Below, one piece after another: positions 46,680 to 58,106 of a stretch of DNA of 64,000 nucleotides. Both the position numbers and the translations under genes were made by a program. The DNA lies in the NCBI GenBank assembly GCA_963842085.1, contig CAWJET010000002.1, positions 1,312,001 through 1,376,000 of the forward strand, read 5' to 3'. Under the pieces are notes generated by a model that saw only the letters and a program-made list of their open reading frames with translations, made no database searches and was not told the DNA's origin. The stretch is from an uncultured delta proteobacterium (GTDB lineage: Bacteria > Desulfobacterota > Binatia > Binatales > Binataceae). Numbering within the stretch: position 1 is the first letter of the stretch; the number at the start of each line of letters is the position of its first letter.

Positions 46680-47957
46680 TCATCTGGGTTGATTCTCCGT
46701 GGCTGCGGTGATGCTCCGTCGCGAGAGGACCGGACGTAGTCGCGCGATCTCTTCCTCGAGCGGAATACACGCGTATATCGCAAGCGCCGCTCCCAACCAC
46801 ATCGCCGCGAATACGCAGAATGCAGTGGCGTAGCTGCCGCTCACATCGAAGATCCGTCCGGCCGCGACAGGACCGATTGCGGCGCCGATAGTGGCGAGGA
46901 TTCCTGCCGCGCCCTGCACCGATCCCAGACGCTTCAGCCCCAGTGACTGGATGAACACCAGCGGCAGCAGCACCAGCGGCGTGCCCGCTGCGATCCCCAC
47001 CAGCACGATGAATCCCGCCAACATCAATCCGCTCCGCGCCGCGAGCAGCAGCGTCGTGCCGACTGCCGCTCCGACGAAGACGAGCGAGAGCACGACCCGA
47101 GGACTGAGCCGATCCGCGGAGGGACCCAGCGAAAGCTTCCCCACGGTCGACATCAGATAGATCATGCTGAGACTGCTGGCGGAAATGCTGGCCGTGTACC
47201 CTGTTCCAATCAGATAGACGACCAGATGAACCAGAATCCCGCCGATTGCGCAGGCATAGAAGAACTCGGCAATCGCGATCAGCCAAAATGAACGCGTCCG
47301 AAACGCCTCGGTCAATTCAACGCCGGGCACAACGATTGGCCCGGGACGGGTGCGAGTCAGCTCCGGTGAGTCGCTGTCCCGCAAGGGACGACTCCTACCA
47401 CGAACAGCACCAGCGGGGCCACGATCACCAGCATCGGCAGTGCCATCGCGACATAGCCGGCCCGCCAACCTCCGAAGGCGATCGCCTTGTTTGCCACCAC
47501 GATTATCACTGCGCCGCCCAGTGAAGTGCCCGCGAACGTGAGACCCATCGCGAGTCCTCGTCGTTCCTCGAACCAGCTTGCGATCACCAACGATGCCGGG
47601 ATCAACGTCGCCGCGGTGACGCCGATTGCGACCATCAGATCGGCGGCAAGCAGGGGATAGTACGAATCGCAGCGGTTGGCGGCGATGAAACCAACTCCGA
47701 CGGTGATCGCACCGACCAGCATCACTCGGCGCGCGTCGATCCGATCGACGAGGCAGCCGACAAGCGGGCCGCACGCGCCCGCCATCAGCGCGCCCGCGGA
47801 CGCGAGCGTCGAAAACTCTGGCACGGGTCCAGCAGAAGTACTTGAGCAGCGGCGGAAGGAATACCGGTCCCGTGTTCACGCCGCCGCCCCACACCAGGAA
47901 CAGCGTGACGAACACACTCGCCGCAATAATCCAGGCCTGACGCTCCCGCGGGCTCAT
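46680..47957 (-). pseudogene. MFS transporter with two compensating frameshifts
   Basis: MFS N- and C-termini in one frame; the middle (GCLVDRIDARRVML, WFEERRGLAMG) is in another frame; shifts near 47812 and 47395. Confidence 0.75.
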
Positions 47958-48817
47958 CGTTTCCTCGCTGTTTCCGCCCACTCCTTCTACTCCCCCTGAT
48001 GTGCGTACGAGGCGACGGGCCCTTGCGCGCCGCGCTGCGCGACTTCTTTGACCTCGCTTGCACTATTGGCGATCGCGATAAATCGCGCTACCAGAATCTC
48101 GCGTCCCGCGGCAGAGGAAGCCGTAGACATACTCATGGCCGATCTCCGACGTAGGGACTACACTCAAACGCGAGTTGTATTGATCGGGCCTGGAGGCGAA
48201 TGGCTATTCGACCGATGCATCCGCGAGAACGCAACTTACGTTTTCAACCTTAATCCGCGGCGGCGAGCTGCGCACAAGTGGCCTGCTCTGCACTGACGTT
48301 CGGATGAGAACGCACGCGCCCGATTTCACTGAGACATTCGCCTTCCCTAGAGAGACAGGATCCGGAAAAACAGGATCGCCAGCCTGACGACGATTGCCGC
48401 GTGTGTTCAATCGGCAATTTGATGGCGCAGCGCGATCATTTCCCAGAGCCAATGCGGTGTGGCTCCAGGGAAACCACCAATGATCCGTGCGGATTAAGTT
48501 TTGATGAGGGACAGCCGTGCCGGTTGGTGAAGACCGCCGCGCGGACTGGTCTCCGGTTCTGCCGGCGGGCGGGAATTGACTTCGACGGAGATTGCCGGTG
48601 TAGAGCAATTTCCGTCGAACAACAGGGGGAGCTCCTGCACGCTCCAGAACTGCGACCTCCACCAAACAGGCACAAACCCACGGTGCGCTTCGCGGAAATA
48701 AGCGAAAACCCCGGCCGAGTGTGGGCGCCCGGCTCACTGCCGACGAAAAAGCGGCTCTCCTCACGGGGAGCAGGCTTTCGTTTTGACTTTTTTACTGAGC
48801 GCGAGCGCTCGCGCTCG

Positions 48818-50626
48818 CTACGGTCCCACGTACGCCGGGACGAACAGGTTCATATCGATGGTGCCCCAACCGCTGGCTTTGTCATAGCCGGGGCCCGCGG
48901 AAAATCCGGTGACTCCTTTGAAAGCGTTGTTACCCGACGTCACGTCGCGAATTCCGGTCGTTGCTCCGTCGGCCTCCGCGCCGAGTTGGTAGATTCGGCT
49001 ATTGAGATTGCCGACCGGATCGCCCATTTCCTGCGAGATCAGCCGGCTGATGCCCGCCCATGCCGGAGCGCCGATACTGGTGCCCCCAATGCAGCATTCG
49101 ACGGCAGGCACGTTGCTAGGGTCGCGGCCGCCAAAGAAAAAACCGGGCGATGCGGGACTGGCGCCTAACGAGATGTCGGGAACGTCGCGCTTTTTATCCT
49201 TGGGAATGAGCCCCTTCTGAAAGGCGGGCTTCTTGAAGACCTTGCTCTGGCCACCGCCGGAGGCGCCGTCGCCGTCATTCCACACGGATTCTGAAACGAA
49301 GCCGACGTTGTCGCCGCCCGAGTAATCAGGCGTGAACTCGGTGCCGCCAATCGCGGTCACGTTTGGCGACGCCGCCAATTCGTTGACGTTGGCCGTCGTG
49401 CCGGTTATGCAGCTGTCCGTCTTTTTCTCCAGTTGGAGTCCCGCCGCGCCGGCGTCGCCGGTCGCGACGAACACGGACTGACCTTGCGAAGCCGCCTGCT
49501 CAAAGAAACTGTTCTGGGTTTCGTAGAAGCCCTTCGAGCCGCCGCAGAATCCGAAGCTGATGCCAATCGCGGTGCACGGGCTGTTCTTTTCCATCACCGC
49601 TGCATGGATTGCATCGAGGACAGCCGAGGAAGTGGCGTTCGGATCCCCGAGATAGATGCGGATGCTCGAACCGGGCGCGACGGCATGCGAATAGTTCACG
49701 TCCACCATCGTCTCGGCTTCGTCCCCATTCTCGTGCGGGTCGGTGCCATCAACCAGCACGATACTGAAGTTCGTCGAGGTCAGCGCGGGCAGCGCGAACT
49801 GCGCATTGAAAGCGTCCGCGGCATCCTGGTCGATGTTCGAGTCCTCAACCACCGCGATGCATCCGGCGCCGCTGCCGTCGATAGGGGTAACCGCGTTCAG
49901 CAGCGGCGTTTCGTCGTAGAAAGTATAAATGTCGGGGGGGCCGAATGCCGGGCCCGTGCTGCCGACGACCGAGGCGGGCGAACTCGCGCTCGAACCGCGC
50001 TGCGACACGCGATGCACCATGGCCTTGCTGTGCAGCAGGTTGTCGAGGCCGCGGACCGATTCGATCAGCGGTGCGAGGGCGGCAGGTACGGCAGGGTCAG
50101 TGGTATTGGAATACAGACGGCCGTCGGCCGTCGCCGCAGTTTTCACGGCGAAAACCTTTTCCGCCTGCGCCACCGTGCCAGCGAAAGAGACCTCTCGGGT
50201 CGAGGCGTCGGCAGACTTGACGGTGAAGCCTTTGTTCTTAAGCCATCGCGCAACTCGTGCTAGGCCGGCGTGCGTGGGTCCGAAACGACTGGTGAACTCG
50301 GCCGGCGTCAGCCATCGATGGTATTGCGGTGACGCGGGATCCTGCTGAGCGGCAAGCAGGCGCGTCAGCTCGTCGCGGTTGCGCAGCGCCATCGTGAAAA
50401 CCATCGCGAGCGGCTGCGAAGGTGATGCGGCGGCCTCGCCCACAACTCCTGCGGCTTCATCTGGGTGGTTGCCCACGAGGATCGTGGCCGCATCGCCGGC
50501 CGCGGCGGGCCGCGCGGCCGCGACGATCAAAGCGAGTCCCGTCATTAGGATAAACTGGTGGAACGTCCCCAACCTGCCCATCAAACCTCCTTCATTATAT
50601 ACGGAATTGAACCCAGATAGATTCAA
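48818..50626 (-). CDS. S53 (sedolisin/kumamolisin-like) peptidase with prodomain
   Basis: Signal, WLTPAEFTSRFGP prodomain, ETMVD, GDAG, GGTSIGAP, GYDKASGWG. Confidence 0.9.
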   Translation of the reverse strand: MNLSGFNSVYNEGGLMGRLGTFHQFILMTGLALIVAAARPAAAGDAATILVGNHPDEAAGVVGEAAASPSQPLAMVFTMALRNRDELTRLLAAQQDPASPQYHRWLTPAEFTSRFGPTHAGLARVARWLKNKGFTVKSADASTREVSFAGTVAQAEKVFAVKTAATADGRLYSNTTDPAVPAALAPLIESVRGLDNLLHSKAMVHRVSQRGSSASSPASVVGSTGPAFGPPDIYTFYDETPLLNAVTPIDGSGAGCIAVVEDSNIDQDAADAFNAQFALPALTSTNFSIVLVDGTDPHENGDEAETMVDVNYSHAVAPGSSIRIYLGDPNATSSAVLDAIHAAVMEKNSPCTAIGISFGFCGGSKGFYETQNSFFEQAASQGQSVFVATGDAGAAGLQLEKKTDSCITGTTANVNELAASPNVTAIGGTEFTPDYSGGDNVGFVSESVWNDGDGASGGGQSKVFKKPAFQKGLIPKDKKRDVPDISLGASPASPGFFFGGRDPSNVPAVECCIGGTSIGAPAWAGISRLISQEMGDPVGNLNSRIYQLGAEADGATTGIRDVTSGNNAFKGVTGFSAGPGYDKASGWGTIDMNLFVPAYVGP

Positions 50627-50739
50627 CCGCCAGAAAAGAGCTGAGAATGTGGCAGAATTTCATAAGTCTCGAGAATCGACGAGAAAGCCTTGATCCGAGG
50701 CATACAAAGTGTTTCTGCCGCGTCCGGATCGGCGGCCTG

Positions 50740-50900
50740 CTGCTCAATCCGATCTCTATTTGCGACTGGATCGTAGATAGTGCCCTGATCGGTCCAAATC
50801 TCGCCACTGCCGCCATTAAGAACATAATCGTGATTTTAGCTGTATTCGCCGCCGATTATGACCAATCGACCGTCAGGCAACACGGCCGAGGTAAAGCGGG
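50740..50900 (-). pseudogene. Kelch-type repeat protein fragment
   Basis: SAVLPDGRLVIIGGEYS*...WTDQGTIYDPVAN with an in-frame stop. Confidence 0.5.
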
Positions 50901-51539
50901 GACCTGTCCTCAAACGGAAACAGGCCCGGAATTCCGGGCCTGCTCCTACCCCCTCGGACCTGCTCGCGATGGCGTCCCCCTCCCAGCATCGCAACCCAGA
51001 AGAAACTGGCTCAGCGTGGCGCGACGCGGCTCTTCCCCCCACCCCCAGACTCGCGGCAAATTCCGCCAGGCTGTGAAGCATCTTCGAGACAACGATCACT
51101 ATCGCGATCGTCGTCCCAACAACCGAACCCCGATTTAGGCATCAATCCTCGACTGGTTCACATCGAACCGCTCCCAGCGTCTTGCCTTGCCCTCCTGCCC
51201 AGTCGTTTTACGCAAGACCTGGGCCATGCGACGGGCAGGATCGGAAATATCACAGCGTTTACGGGGACCGTCCAACTGTCATTGATTTTTTCCTTTAATT
51301 CAGTCGACGATTCTCTTGTCGTTCACTCCGCTGGCCCGAATCCTCGTGTTTGAATCTTACATTTTGTAGCGCTACCCGCAAAATCATGGTTGCACTGATG
51401 CACCTCGTTTCCGACGATTTGATCTGAGCGGGCTCCCGCAACGGTGATTCCCCTTGATCTGCCGATGACGGCGGCATCAGAGATTCGCTGCGCGCGATGC
51501 TCCAATAGCGCAAAGTCCCGGTCAAAGATTTGACGCGCG

Positions 51540-51883
51540 CATGGCTCTCGCTTCACCGCGGGCCGTAATCGTTTTTTTTTGCCGGCAAATCCTTCAGCGC
51601 CCGAATATCGAGCGCCTGGTCGGCCACGATCGACTTCAGCCCCGGGTTCTCCTCTTCCAGTTGCTGCACCCCCCGCATCTCGGAGACCTCCAGCTCGCCG
51701 TTTACTTGTTCCGCCAAGCGTAAAAGGCCGCGTCCGAGATCCCGTGCCGCCTGCACAACTCGCCGACCTTCGCCCCGCCTCGGCCACCCCAATGATCTGT
51801 TCCTCGCTAAACCCTCCTCGTTTCATGCCTGCCTTTCCGGCAGATACTAACTCATCGCTGGGTTCTTGCGGGGGTAAGGCCCA
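51540..51883 (-). mobile_element. Degenerate IS3-family (IS407-like) remnant: left end, orfA, slippery site
   Basis: MKRGGFSEEQIIGV..., QLEEEN..LKSIVADQALDIRALKDL, A9 run at 51572-51580, TG-start IR TGGGCCTTACCCCC. Confidence 0.8.
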
Positions 51884-52540
51884 GTGCGGCGGGCACCGTT
51901 CGATTTGGCGAACATGGACGCTCGCGCGGCAATTTAGTAATCGAGGATTGCTGGCTGGTCTTTGCCCCCCATTTACCCAGTCGGCAACGGGCTGGCGAAT
52001 GGACTCTTCGCCGGCCCGTTCTTTTTAGTTTCTCCTTGAAGCGAGGACAAGGCTGAAGGGACGCTATTCGTTGCGTCTGTCGCAACTCTCCAGACCTCGA
52101 GCGGGCTCGCACTCGATGAAATTTCGCAGGGCAACGCGCCTTCCACCACGCACTGCGCGACTCTCAATGATTCGGTTCTTATCGCGATGCCGCGCTCGTT
52201 TTCTGACTAGATTCGGCTCACAGTCAGTTGCTTACTGGTGCAACTTGAAAGTTAGAAGTCCTTGGCGAGGTGGGCGAGATTATTGGCGACAGTGTGTGGC
52301 AGCATTGCCACAAAGAAATTGACCCTGAGAAACGACGCATCGAAGATTTAGAAGCGGTTGACCAGAAGAAAATGACGTTCAACTTCCAAATCGGAGATTT
52401 GAGGGGTTATTGAGGCTCTCGATTAGATTCGCAGCATCATACGTCGACTAAGCATTTTGCTCCTCTTCATGCCATGACTCGAGCATAAACTCAGAGAGGT
52501 GGCACGGCAATTGGATGATTTGCTTGACCGAGCTTTACCC

Positions 52541-52585
52541 GGCTTCGTTCAGGCAACTTAATGGGCTTCGTCCAGGCAACTTAAT
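52541..52585. repeat. Tandem 22-bp direct repeat upstream of a response regulator
   Basis: ggcttcgttcaggcaacttaat (52541-52562) and ggcttcgtccaggcaacttaat (52564-52585). Confidence 0.8.
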
Positions 52586-52635
52586 AATTGATACGCGTTG
52601 AAACCGGCTGCCCAGGATTTGGTCAGGTGACGGCG

Positions 52636-53124
52636 ATGAGCGACCAAGAAAAAGAAAAGGAAAAGGAACAAGACGAAGAGCTCAGTTTGTTGAATCCTAC
52701 GGTCAGGATTTTCCTGGTCGAAGATAATCCGGACCACGGCTTTATCACGCTCACCGTAGTAAGGCAGGTGCTGGGCGACGATATCGAATTGGTGCACGCG
52801 GAGAATGCCGACGAGGCATTGCTCATGATCCCGCAGTTCACCGAGTATGATCATCCAGATCTGTTTTTGCTAGATTTGCGGCTGCCCGACAATGGAGGGT
52901 TCTCTGTATTGCAGGCGGCCCGCGCGAACGAGGTGCTAACAGCGGTGCCAATGTTCGTGATTACCAGTTCACTCTACGACCGTGACATTGCGGAAAGCTA
53001 CCAACTGGGCGCGTCTGCCGTTTTGTGCAAGCCGCTCTCTCGCGCCAAGCTGCGAGACGAGCTTGTGCGCGTAGGCGCACTGCCCCTCTCGCAGCGGCCC
53101 GCAGATCCCGCATATCGCAATTAG
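52636..53124 (+). CDS. Stand-alone response regulator receiver (Rcp1-like)
   Basis: FLVEDN, PDLFLLDLRLP, ITSS, SYQLGA...KP. Confidence 0.9.
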   Translation: MSDQEKEKEKEQDEELSLLNPTVRIFLVEDNPDHGFITLTVVRQVLGDDIELVHAENADEALLMIPQFTEYDHPDLFLLDLRLPDNGGFSVLQAARANEVLTAVPMFVITSSLYDRDIAESYQLGASAVLCKPLSRAKLRDELVRVGALPLSQRPADPAYRN

Positions 53125-53316
53125 AGCGGGCTGGATCGCATTCGCGTACGGTCTGTAAGTCGCCAATTCACGTCCTGTCCGTACCGTTGAGCCACCATAG
53201 AGCGTAGCCGGGAACCTCGGGCGCACGACCGCCTTTTTTCACATCAAATACAGCCCACAAGCGTGAGCAAGCTGCGTGGCGGCGTTTCATCGACTTGTCG
53301 ATTCCAAAAAAGGTCT

Positions 53317-54600
53317 TCACCTTGGCGCGCTGGTCTCGCGATTGTAGCTCTGGTCAACTTGCTCTGCGATATTCTGAAAGACTTCGCGCCAGTACGGCGG
53401 GTCGATTCCATCCTCGTCTGCCGTACGCACGATCACGACCTTTGTCCTTGGCGAGACGAAAATAAACTGGCCATAGGTGCCGATGCCCATGTAGCTGTAG
53501 TCGCTCTTTCCCTGCGACGCACCCCACCAGAAGTATTTGTAGTAGCCGCCCTTGTCCTGCCATCGGGAGAAAGTCTCCCACGGACGATGGTCATTCGGAT
53601 CCCTGCTGGTGGATTCAATGACCCAGTGCTCGGGGACGATCTGCCTACCGTTCCAATTGCCGTTATTCAAGTACAGCCGCCCGAATTTGGCCAAGTCTAT
53701 AGCTCTCGCGTTGAGCAGTATCGGCGTTATTTCGAAGCCGTCCTGCTCGCTGTCGATGCTCCAGGTGGCTGGAAATTCCATACCTATCGGCTTCCAGATT
53801 TTTTCTTGAAGATACTGGCTGGGCTGCTTATGCGTCGACCGTTCGAGGATCATGCCAATGAGTTCGGCGTTGAAGTTGTTGTAATGAAAGGATTGTCCCG
53901 GCGGCTCTGTGATCTTCAGGTCCGATAGCAGCAGTTGCCTTAGATTGGGGTAGTAGCCAGCTAGCACAAATTCGTCCCATGGGAAAAAACCGATCCGGTA
54001 CTGAATCCCCGATCCCATCGTCAGAAGATTTTTGATCGTAATCGCTGCGAAGCCCCGGTCTTTGAGCTCTGGCAGGTAATTTGTGATCGGATCGTCGAGG
54101 TTCTTGATATAGCCATCAGAGATCGCGATTCCCACCAGTGCCGAGGTGACGGACTTTGATAGCGACCATGAGGTGCTGAGAGAGTCGCGGGCGAAGCCGT
54201 TGAAGTAATTTTCGTATAGCAACTGGTTGTCTCTGACGACGATGAATGCATGAGTGCCGGTCGAGCGAAGCAACTCAGGTAGCGCGACCCGCTTCACGCC
54301 TGCGCTGTCTTCGTATTCCACCACATCCGGAACCAAATCGCGCTTGCCCGGCGCAAAGTGAAATGCGTCCGGCGACTTGTCGATTGAGTGGTATCGGTAA
54401 CTCTTGTATTCGTCGGAACGGGATGAGATGGGGCGTTGGGCGCCCCACACGAAATAGCGGTAGAGGTAACCCGGTTGTGTCCAAGCGGCGGCACTCGCCG
54501 GCGAGGCCAACATCAAACCCGCGGAGAGGCAGAGTAGCACCGTGAGAGGCCGATCGACCCAGCGCCTCCATATTTCAACGATGTACCGGTCTAGTCGCAT
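53317..54600 (-). CDS. Serine hydrolase, beta-lactamase (class C-like) family
   Basis: SWSLSKS (SxxK), LLTMGSG, FHYNN, GTYGQFIFV. Confidence 0.9.
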   Translation of the reverse strand: MRLDRYIVEIWRRWVDRPLTVLLCLSAGLMLASPASAAAWTQPGYLYRYFVWGAQRPISSRSDEYKSYRYHSIDKSPDAFHFAPGKRDLVPDVVEYEDSAGVKRVALPELLRSTGTHAFIVVRDNQLLYENYFNGFARDSLSTSWSLSKSVTSALVGIAISDGYIKNLDDPITNYLPELKDRGFAAITIKNLLTMGSGIQYRIGFFPWDEFVLAGYYPNLRQLLLSDLKITEPPGQSFHYNNFNAELIGMILERSTHKQPSQYLQEKIWKPIGMEFPATWSIDSEQDGFEITPILLNARAIDLAKFGRLYLNNGNWNGRQIVPEHWVIESTSRDPNDHRPWETFSRWQDKGGYYKYFWWGASQGKSDYSYMGIGTYGQFIFVSPRTKVVIVRTADEDGIDPPYWREVFQNIAEQVDQSYNRETSAPR

Positions 54601-54761
54601 TCTAGCTGGCAAGCGCGAGCGCGGCGGCGTGGCGCGGCTTCATGCTACGATTGTCCTGGTCTAGGCGAAGAGTCTCAAACTTGCAGCGTCTGAGATATCC
54701 ACCCTCGGGGATCTCCAAGAATTGCACCGGGACCGCACTGTCGGCTCGCAGAAGCGCACGT

Positions 54762-55001
54762 TCACTTCGGGTATGGGAGGACGAATCGCTTTTCCCTGAA
54801 AGACTCCAGCTCTTCAACCAGATGCCGATGTCCTCGCGTGATGTCCCGCCCGTTGCGGGTGCACAGGCGGGTCGAAGCACCATCGCGAATAGCGAGGATT
54901 CGGAATCCATCATGCTTTATCTCGAAAAACCAATCGTCGCCGTCGAACTGTATGGGGACCAACCTAACGATCCGAAGCGGGAACTCAGCGGGCGTGAGCA
55001 T
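54762..55001 (-). pseudogene. ATP-dependent DNA ligase (LigD-like) N-terminal fragment
   Basis: DWFFEIKHDGFRILA...TRNGRD (KxDG motif I), truncated. Confidence 0.7.
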
Positions 55002-55616
55002 GTCGATTCATGATCTTTTATCACTCCGCTCGCCGATGTCGTTAGCGCCAATCGCGGCCGGTCGAATATCTCGAAACCGCGCTTGCGTTCGCGAGCAATC
55101 ACGGCCTCGGCATTGCGATCGCAGAGTTCGATTCGACGAACCGGGCGACCCGCCGCGTCGATCTTCCGGAGAAACTATCGTCGCGTGGCTCGTCGCGCAT
55201 TGCGTCGCTCGGCACTGCGCCGGGTAGCCGCGTCGGCCAATCTAACCCAGTCGGAGCGGGATCGAAGTCCGTTTCAAGCATCCTCTGATCTCTATAACGA
55301 TTTACGCTCTCTGAGCGCTTTCGCAGCGCTCCAAGTTCGCATCTATCAATTGCATAAGACGCGCGTAGGCATATAGATGAGCAAAGGATCCGAGGACTGC
55401 TTCACGAGGCCGCCGCACTGCGTTTGAAGACACATTTGAGACATGGACCGGCCTCTTTGCGGATCGGCTAACGGACACCACAATCCATTGGACCGGTTCG
55501 GCGCAGCCACTCCTGGCTAGCGTCGCCTATTTCAACGCGCGTGCGTGCCGGTCGTCATGAGGTGGGCGCAACGCTTGCAAACAACGAACCGTCGAAAGGA
55601 CCTTGAGAGCGCCTGC

Positions 55617-55943
55617 TCAGGAAGCTTTCGCCTTCCTCTCCGCCCAGCGCTTTTTCATCGCTTCGGACAACCTCTTCCTCCCTGCGGGTGTGAGTCGCCC
55701 ACGTCTCTTTGGCGCGGCAGCCTTAGCGGACAATTTTTTTGCCCGCCGCTGCGCCCAACGTCTTTTCATCGCCAGTGACAATCGGCGTCGCCCTGCCGGG
55801 GTAATGCCACCCCGTCTCTTAGGCGCAGGTTTTCGAGTGGCGCTTTTGCCACTCACACCCGCGCTTCCGATCAGGGCGGCAATTGCCCGAGCTATCTTGT
55901 CTCTCTCACCTTTCAATTCTGCAATGATTGCGCTTAGGTCCAA
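55617..55943 (-). CDS. Small highly basic protein with two tandem PAGR.RLS.AMK.RWA repeats (putative DNA-binding)
   Basis: RBS AGGAGA plus TTG start; coiled-coil N-terminus; Lys/Arg-rich repeats. Confidence 0.75.
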   Translation of the reverse strand: MDLSAIIAELKGERDKIARAIAALIGSAGVSGKSATRKPAPKRRGGITPAGRRRLSLAMKRRWAQRRAKKLSAKAAAPKRRGRLTPAGRKRLSEAMKKRWAERKAKAS

Positions 55944-56125
55944 TATGGGCTCTCCTTGACCGAAGAGTTGAGACAGTATCGACAGTATCGTGTCTGCGCG
56001 AAGGAACTTCAATAGCTTCCGCCGTCGCTCAAACGCCCAACACAACAGAGGTGCCCCGTGGGGAGTTGAATCGCCGGTAGCATTGGGTGTAGCGGAAGCT
56101 TCCCAATAGCGGTAGGAGGCCATCC

Positions 56126-56425
56126 ATGAAACACGAGAGCGACGAACTATTGGACTTTCCGTTGCTGTTAGACGAGGAGATCAAAAGCTGGCGTCGGGAT
56201 ATTGAGGCGCTCCAGCACGGCGAGAAAACCGGCCGTGGCCCTGACTTCTGGAACCGCGTCACAGTCGAGATGCAGCGGCGGCAAGCGAACTTCCAAATCC
56301 GGGCCGCGGAGTCGCAGCGGCGTGCGGCCTGGTGGTTGGTGGTCGCGACCATCTGCCTGATCGGAACCTCGATCGCATCGGTGGTGATTCAGGCCAGGAT
56401 CTTTGGGCCTGGATGGAAACTCTAA
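56126..56425 (+). CDS. Hypothetical membrane protein
   Basis: RBS AGGAGG; C-terminal TM helix. Confidence 0.55.
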   Translation: MKHESDELLDFPLLLDEEIKSWRRDIEALQHGEKTGRGPDFWNRVTVEMQRRQANFQIRAAESQRRAAWWLVVATICLIGTSIASVVIQARIFGPGWKL

Positions 56426-56628
56426 GATTCCGTCGTTTGCAGCGTAAGCCGTAGACAACCGTCACAACGGTGATGGTTATGGCCCTGAGCCCGAAACCGA
56501 TAATGAAACCTTTCCTACCAGCCGCCTCCGTTCAGATTCTCGCTCATTCTGCCGAGGCGAATCGCGCGTTAGCCATTCGGAACGCTGCGGTTGTATATAC
56601 CGTCCAGAAGCAACTGGAGGATCCTTAT

Positions 56629-57459
56629 ATGGCGATCGATTACAGCGAATACGAATTTCTCAAAGTGGAAGTGGCCGAGCGTGTTGCGACGATAACGATC
56701 AATCGGCCGGAGTCGCTCAACGCGGTCAACAGCGTGGTTCATCATGAATTGGAGCAGATCTGGATTGACGTGCGCGCCGATCAGGACGTCAACGCGATCA
56801 TTCTCACCGGCGCCGGCCGCGCGTTTTGCGCCGGTGGTGATGTGAAGGGCATGGCGGGCGGTAGCCTGGTCGGGCCGACCGGTAAGAAGGGCAAGGGCCG
56901 CGGGCGCGGTCCCATCGCCGCATCAAATGGCCGCCGCCTGGTGGATAATATGCTCGATGTCGAGCAACCGATCATCGGTGCCATCAATGGTGACGCGGTC
57001 GGTCTCGGCGCGACGCTCGCGCTGCTGTGCGACATCACGGTGGTTTCCGAGAAGGCGCGCTTTGCCGATACCCACGTCAAGGTGGGAATCGTCGCCGGCG
57101 ACGGCGGCGCGGTCATCTGGCCGCTGTTGATCGGACCGCATCGCGCCAAGGAATTCCTGATGCGCGGCAATTTCATCAGCGGGGCCGAGGCGGGCCGCAT
57201 CGGGATGGTGAATTACGCGGTGGCGCCGGAGCAGGTAATGACGAAAGCGCGCGAGCTCGCGCAGGAACTCGCTGATGGTCCCACTCTGGCGATCAGATGG
57301 AGCAAGCTCGCAGTCAACAAATGGCTCAAGCAGCAGTCCAATCTGATTATGGACGCGTCGCTGGCGTATGAGATGATGACCTTCAACACCAGGGATCATG
57401 ACGAGGCGGTGAAGGCGTTCGTCGAAAAGCGCAAGCCTAATTTCGTCGGTGTGAAATAG
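56629..57459 (+). CDS. Enoyl-CoA hydratase/isomerase family protein
   Basis: INRPESLNA, GRAFCAGGD, INGDAVGLG, VAGDGG; RBS GGAGG. Confidence 0.92.
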   Translation: MAIDYSEYEFLKVEVAERVATITINRPESLNAVNSVVHHELEQIWIDVRADQDVNAIILTGAGRAFCAGGDVKGMAGGSLVGPTGKKGKGRGRGPIAASNGRRLVDNMLDVEQPIIGAINGDAVGLGATLALLCDITVVSEKARFADTHVKVGIVAGDGGAVIWPLLIGPHRAKEFLMRGNFISGAEAGRIGMVNYAVAPEQVMTKARELAQELADGPTLAIRWSKLAVNKWLKQQSNLIMDASLAYEMMTFNTRDHDEAVKAFVEKRKPNFVGVK

Positions 57460-57538
57460 CCCTTCGAACGAGTGCCACAGGAAATCCGCTTTAGCAGACT
57501 TCTCCCTTGCCCCCCGTACGCGGAGTCGCGATCGTGGT

Positions 57539-57850
57539 CTACTTTGTCGCAAATATCAGCGGCGACGGAGACGGCGCCGGGATCGTCTTGACGATGCGGA
57601 ATCCCGCTTCTTTCAGCCATGTGCAGTATTCGCGCATCGTGAAAACGTCAGCGCCGGGCGTCGCGCGCATCAGCATGTTGAGCCCGAATAGCATCGGTAT
57701 CATCGGCCCGGTCCGCTCGTCATTCGGAATGAAATCCGCGATCAGAAGCTGACCCTTGTCCTTGAGGGCATACGCGGTTTTCCCAATCAGCTTCTGCCCC
57801 CAGTCGGCGCCCTCGCCATGGACGATGTGGCCGTTGGCAACGCCGATCGC
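57539..57850 (-). pseudogene. O-methyltransferase C-terminal fragment
   Basis: GHIVHGEG...LIADFIPNDERTGP...FGLNML...WLKEAGF; N-terminus missing. Confidence 0.7.
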
Positions 57851-58106
57851 GAGTTCGCCATAATGCAATCGCGCGGTAAGGCTGCGGCGCACGAATCGTC
57901 AAAAACGCGCGCGATTGTTGTAGTCAGCGAAGTCTCGAAATGGCTCGCCGACGATGAGGCGCGGCAACGGGCGGGCCGGCACGTGCATGGCGCAATGAGA
58001 AGGAGGTCGGGCGGCCGGTCCGCAAAGATGCTCAATACTTGAAATAGAGTCTTGCGTACTTTAATTTGCTTAGCGGGCGGATTGACGTTGTGGAGGTGGG
58101 CTTCAC

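Noticed and set aside
53317-54600. Antibiotic-resistance beta-lactamase
   Set aside because: Motifs fit the broad serine-hydrolase/esterase group; resistance cannot be inferred from sequence.
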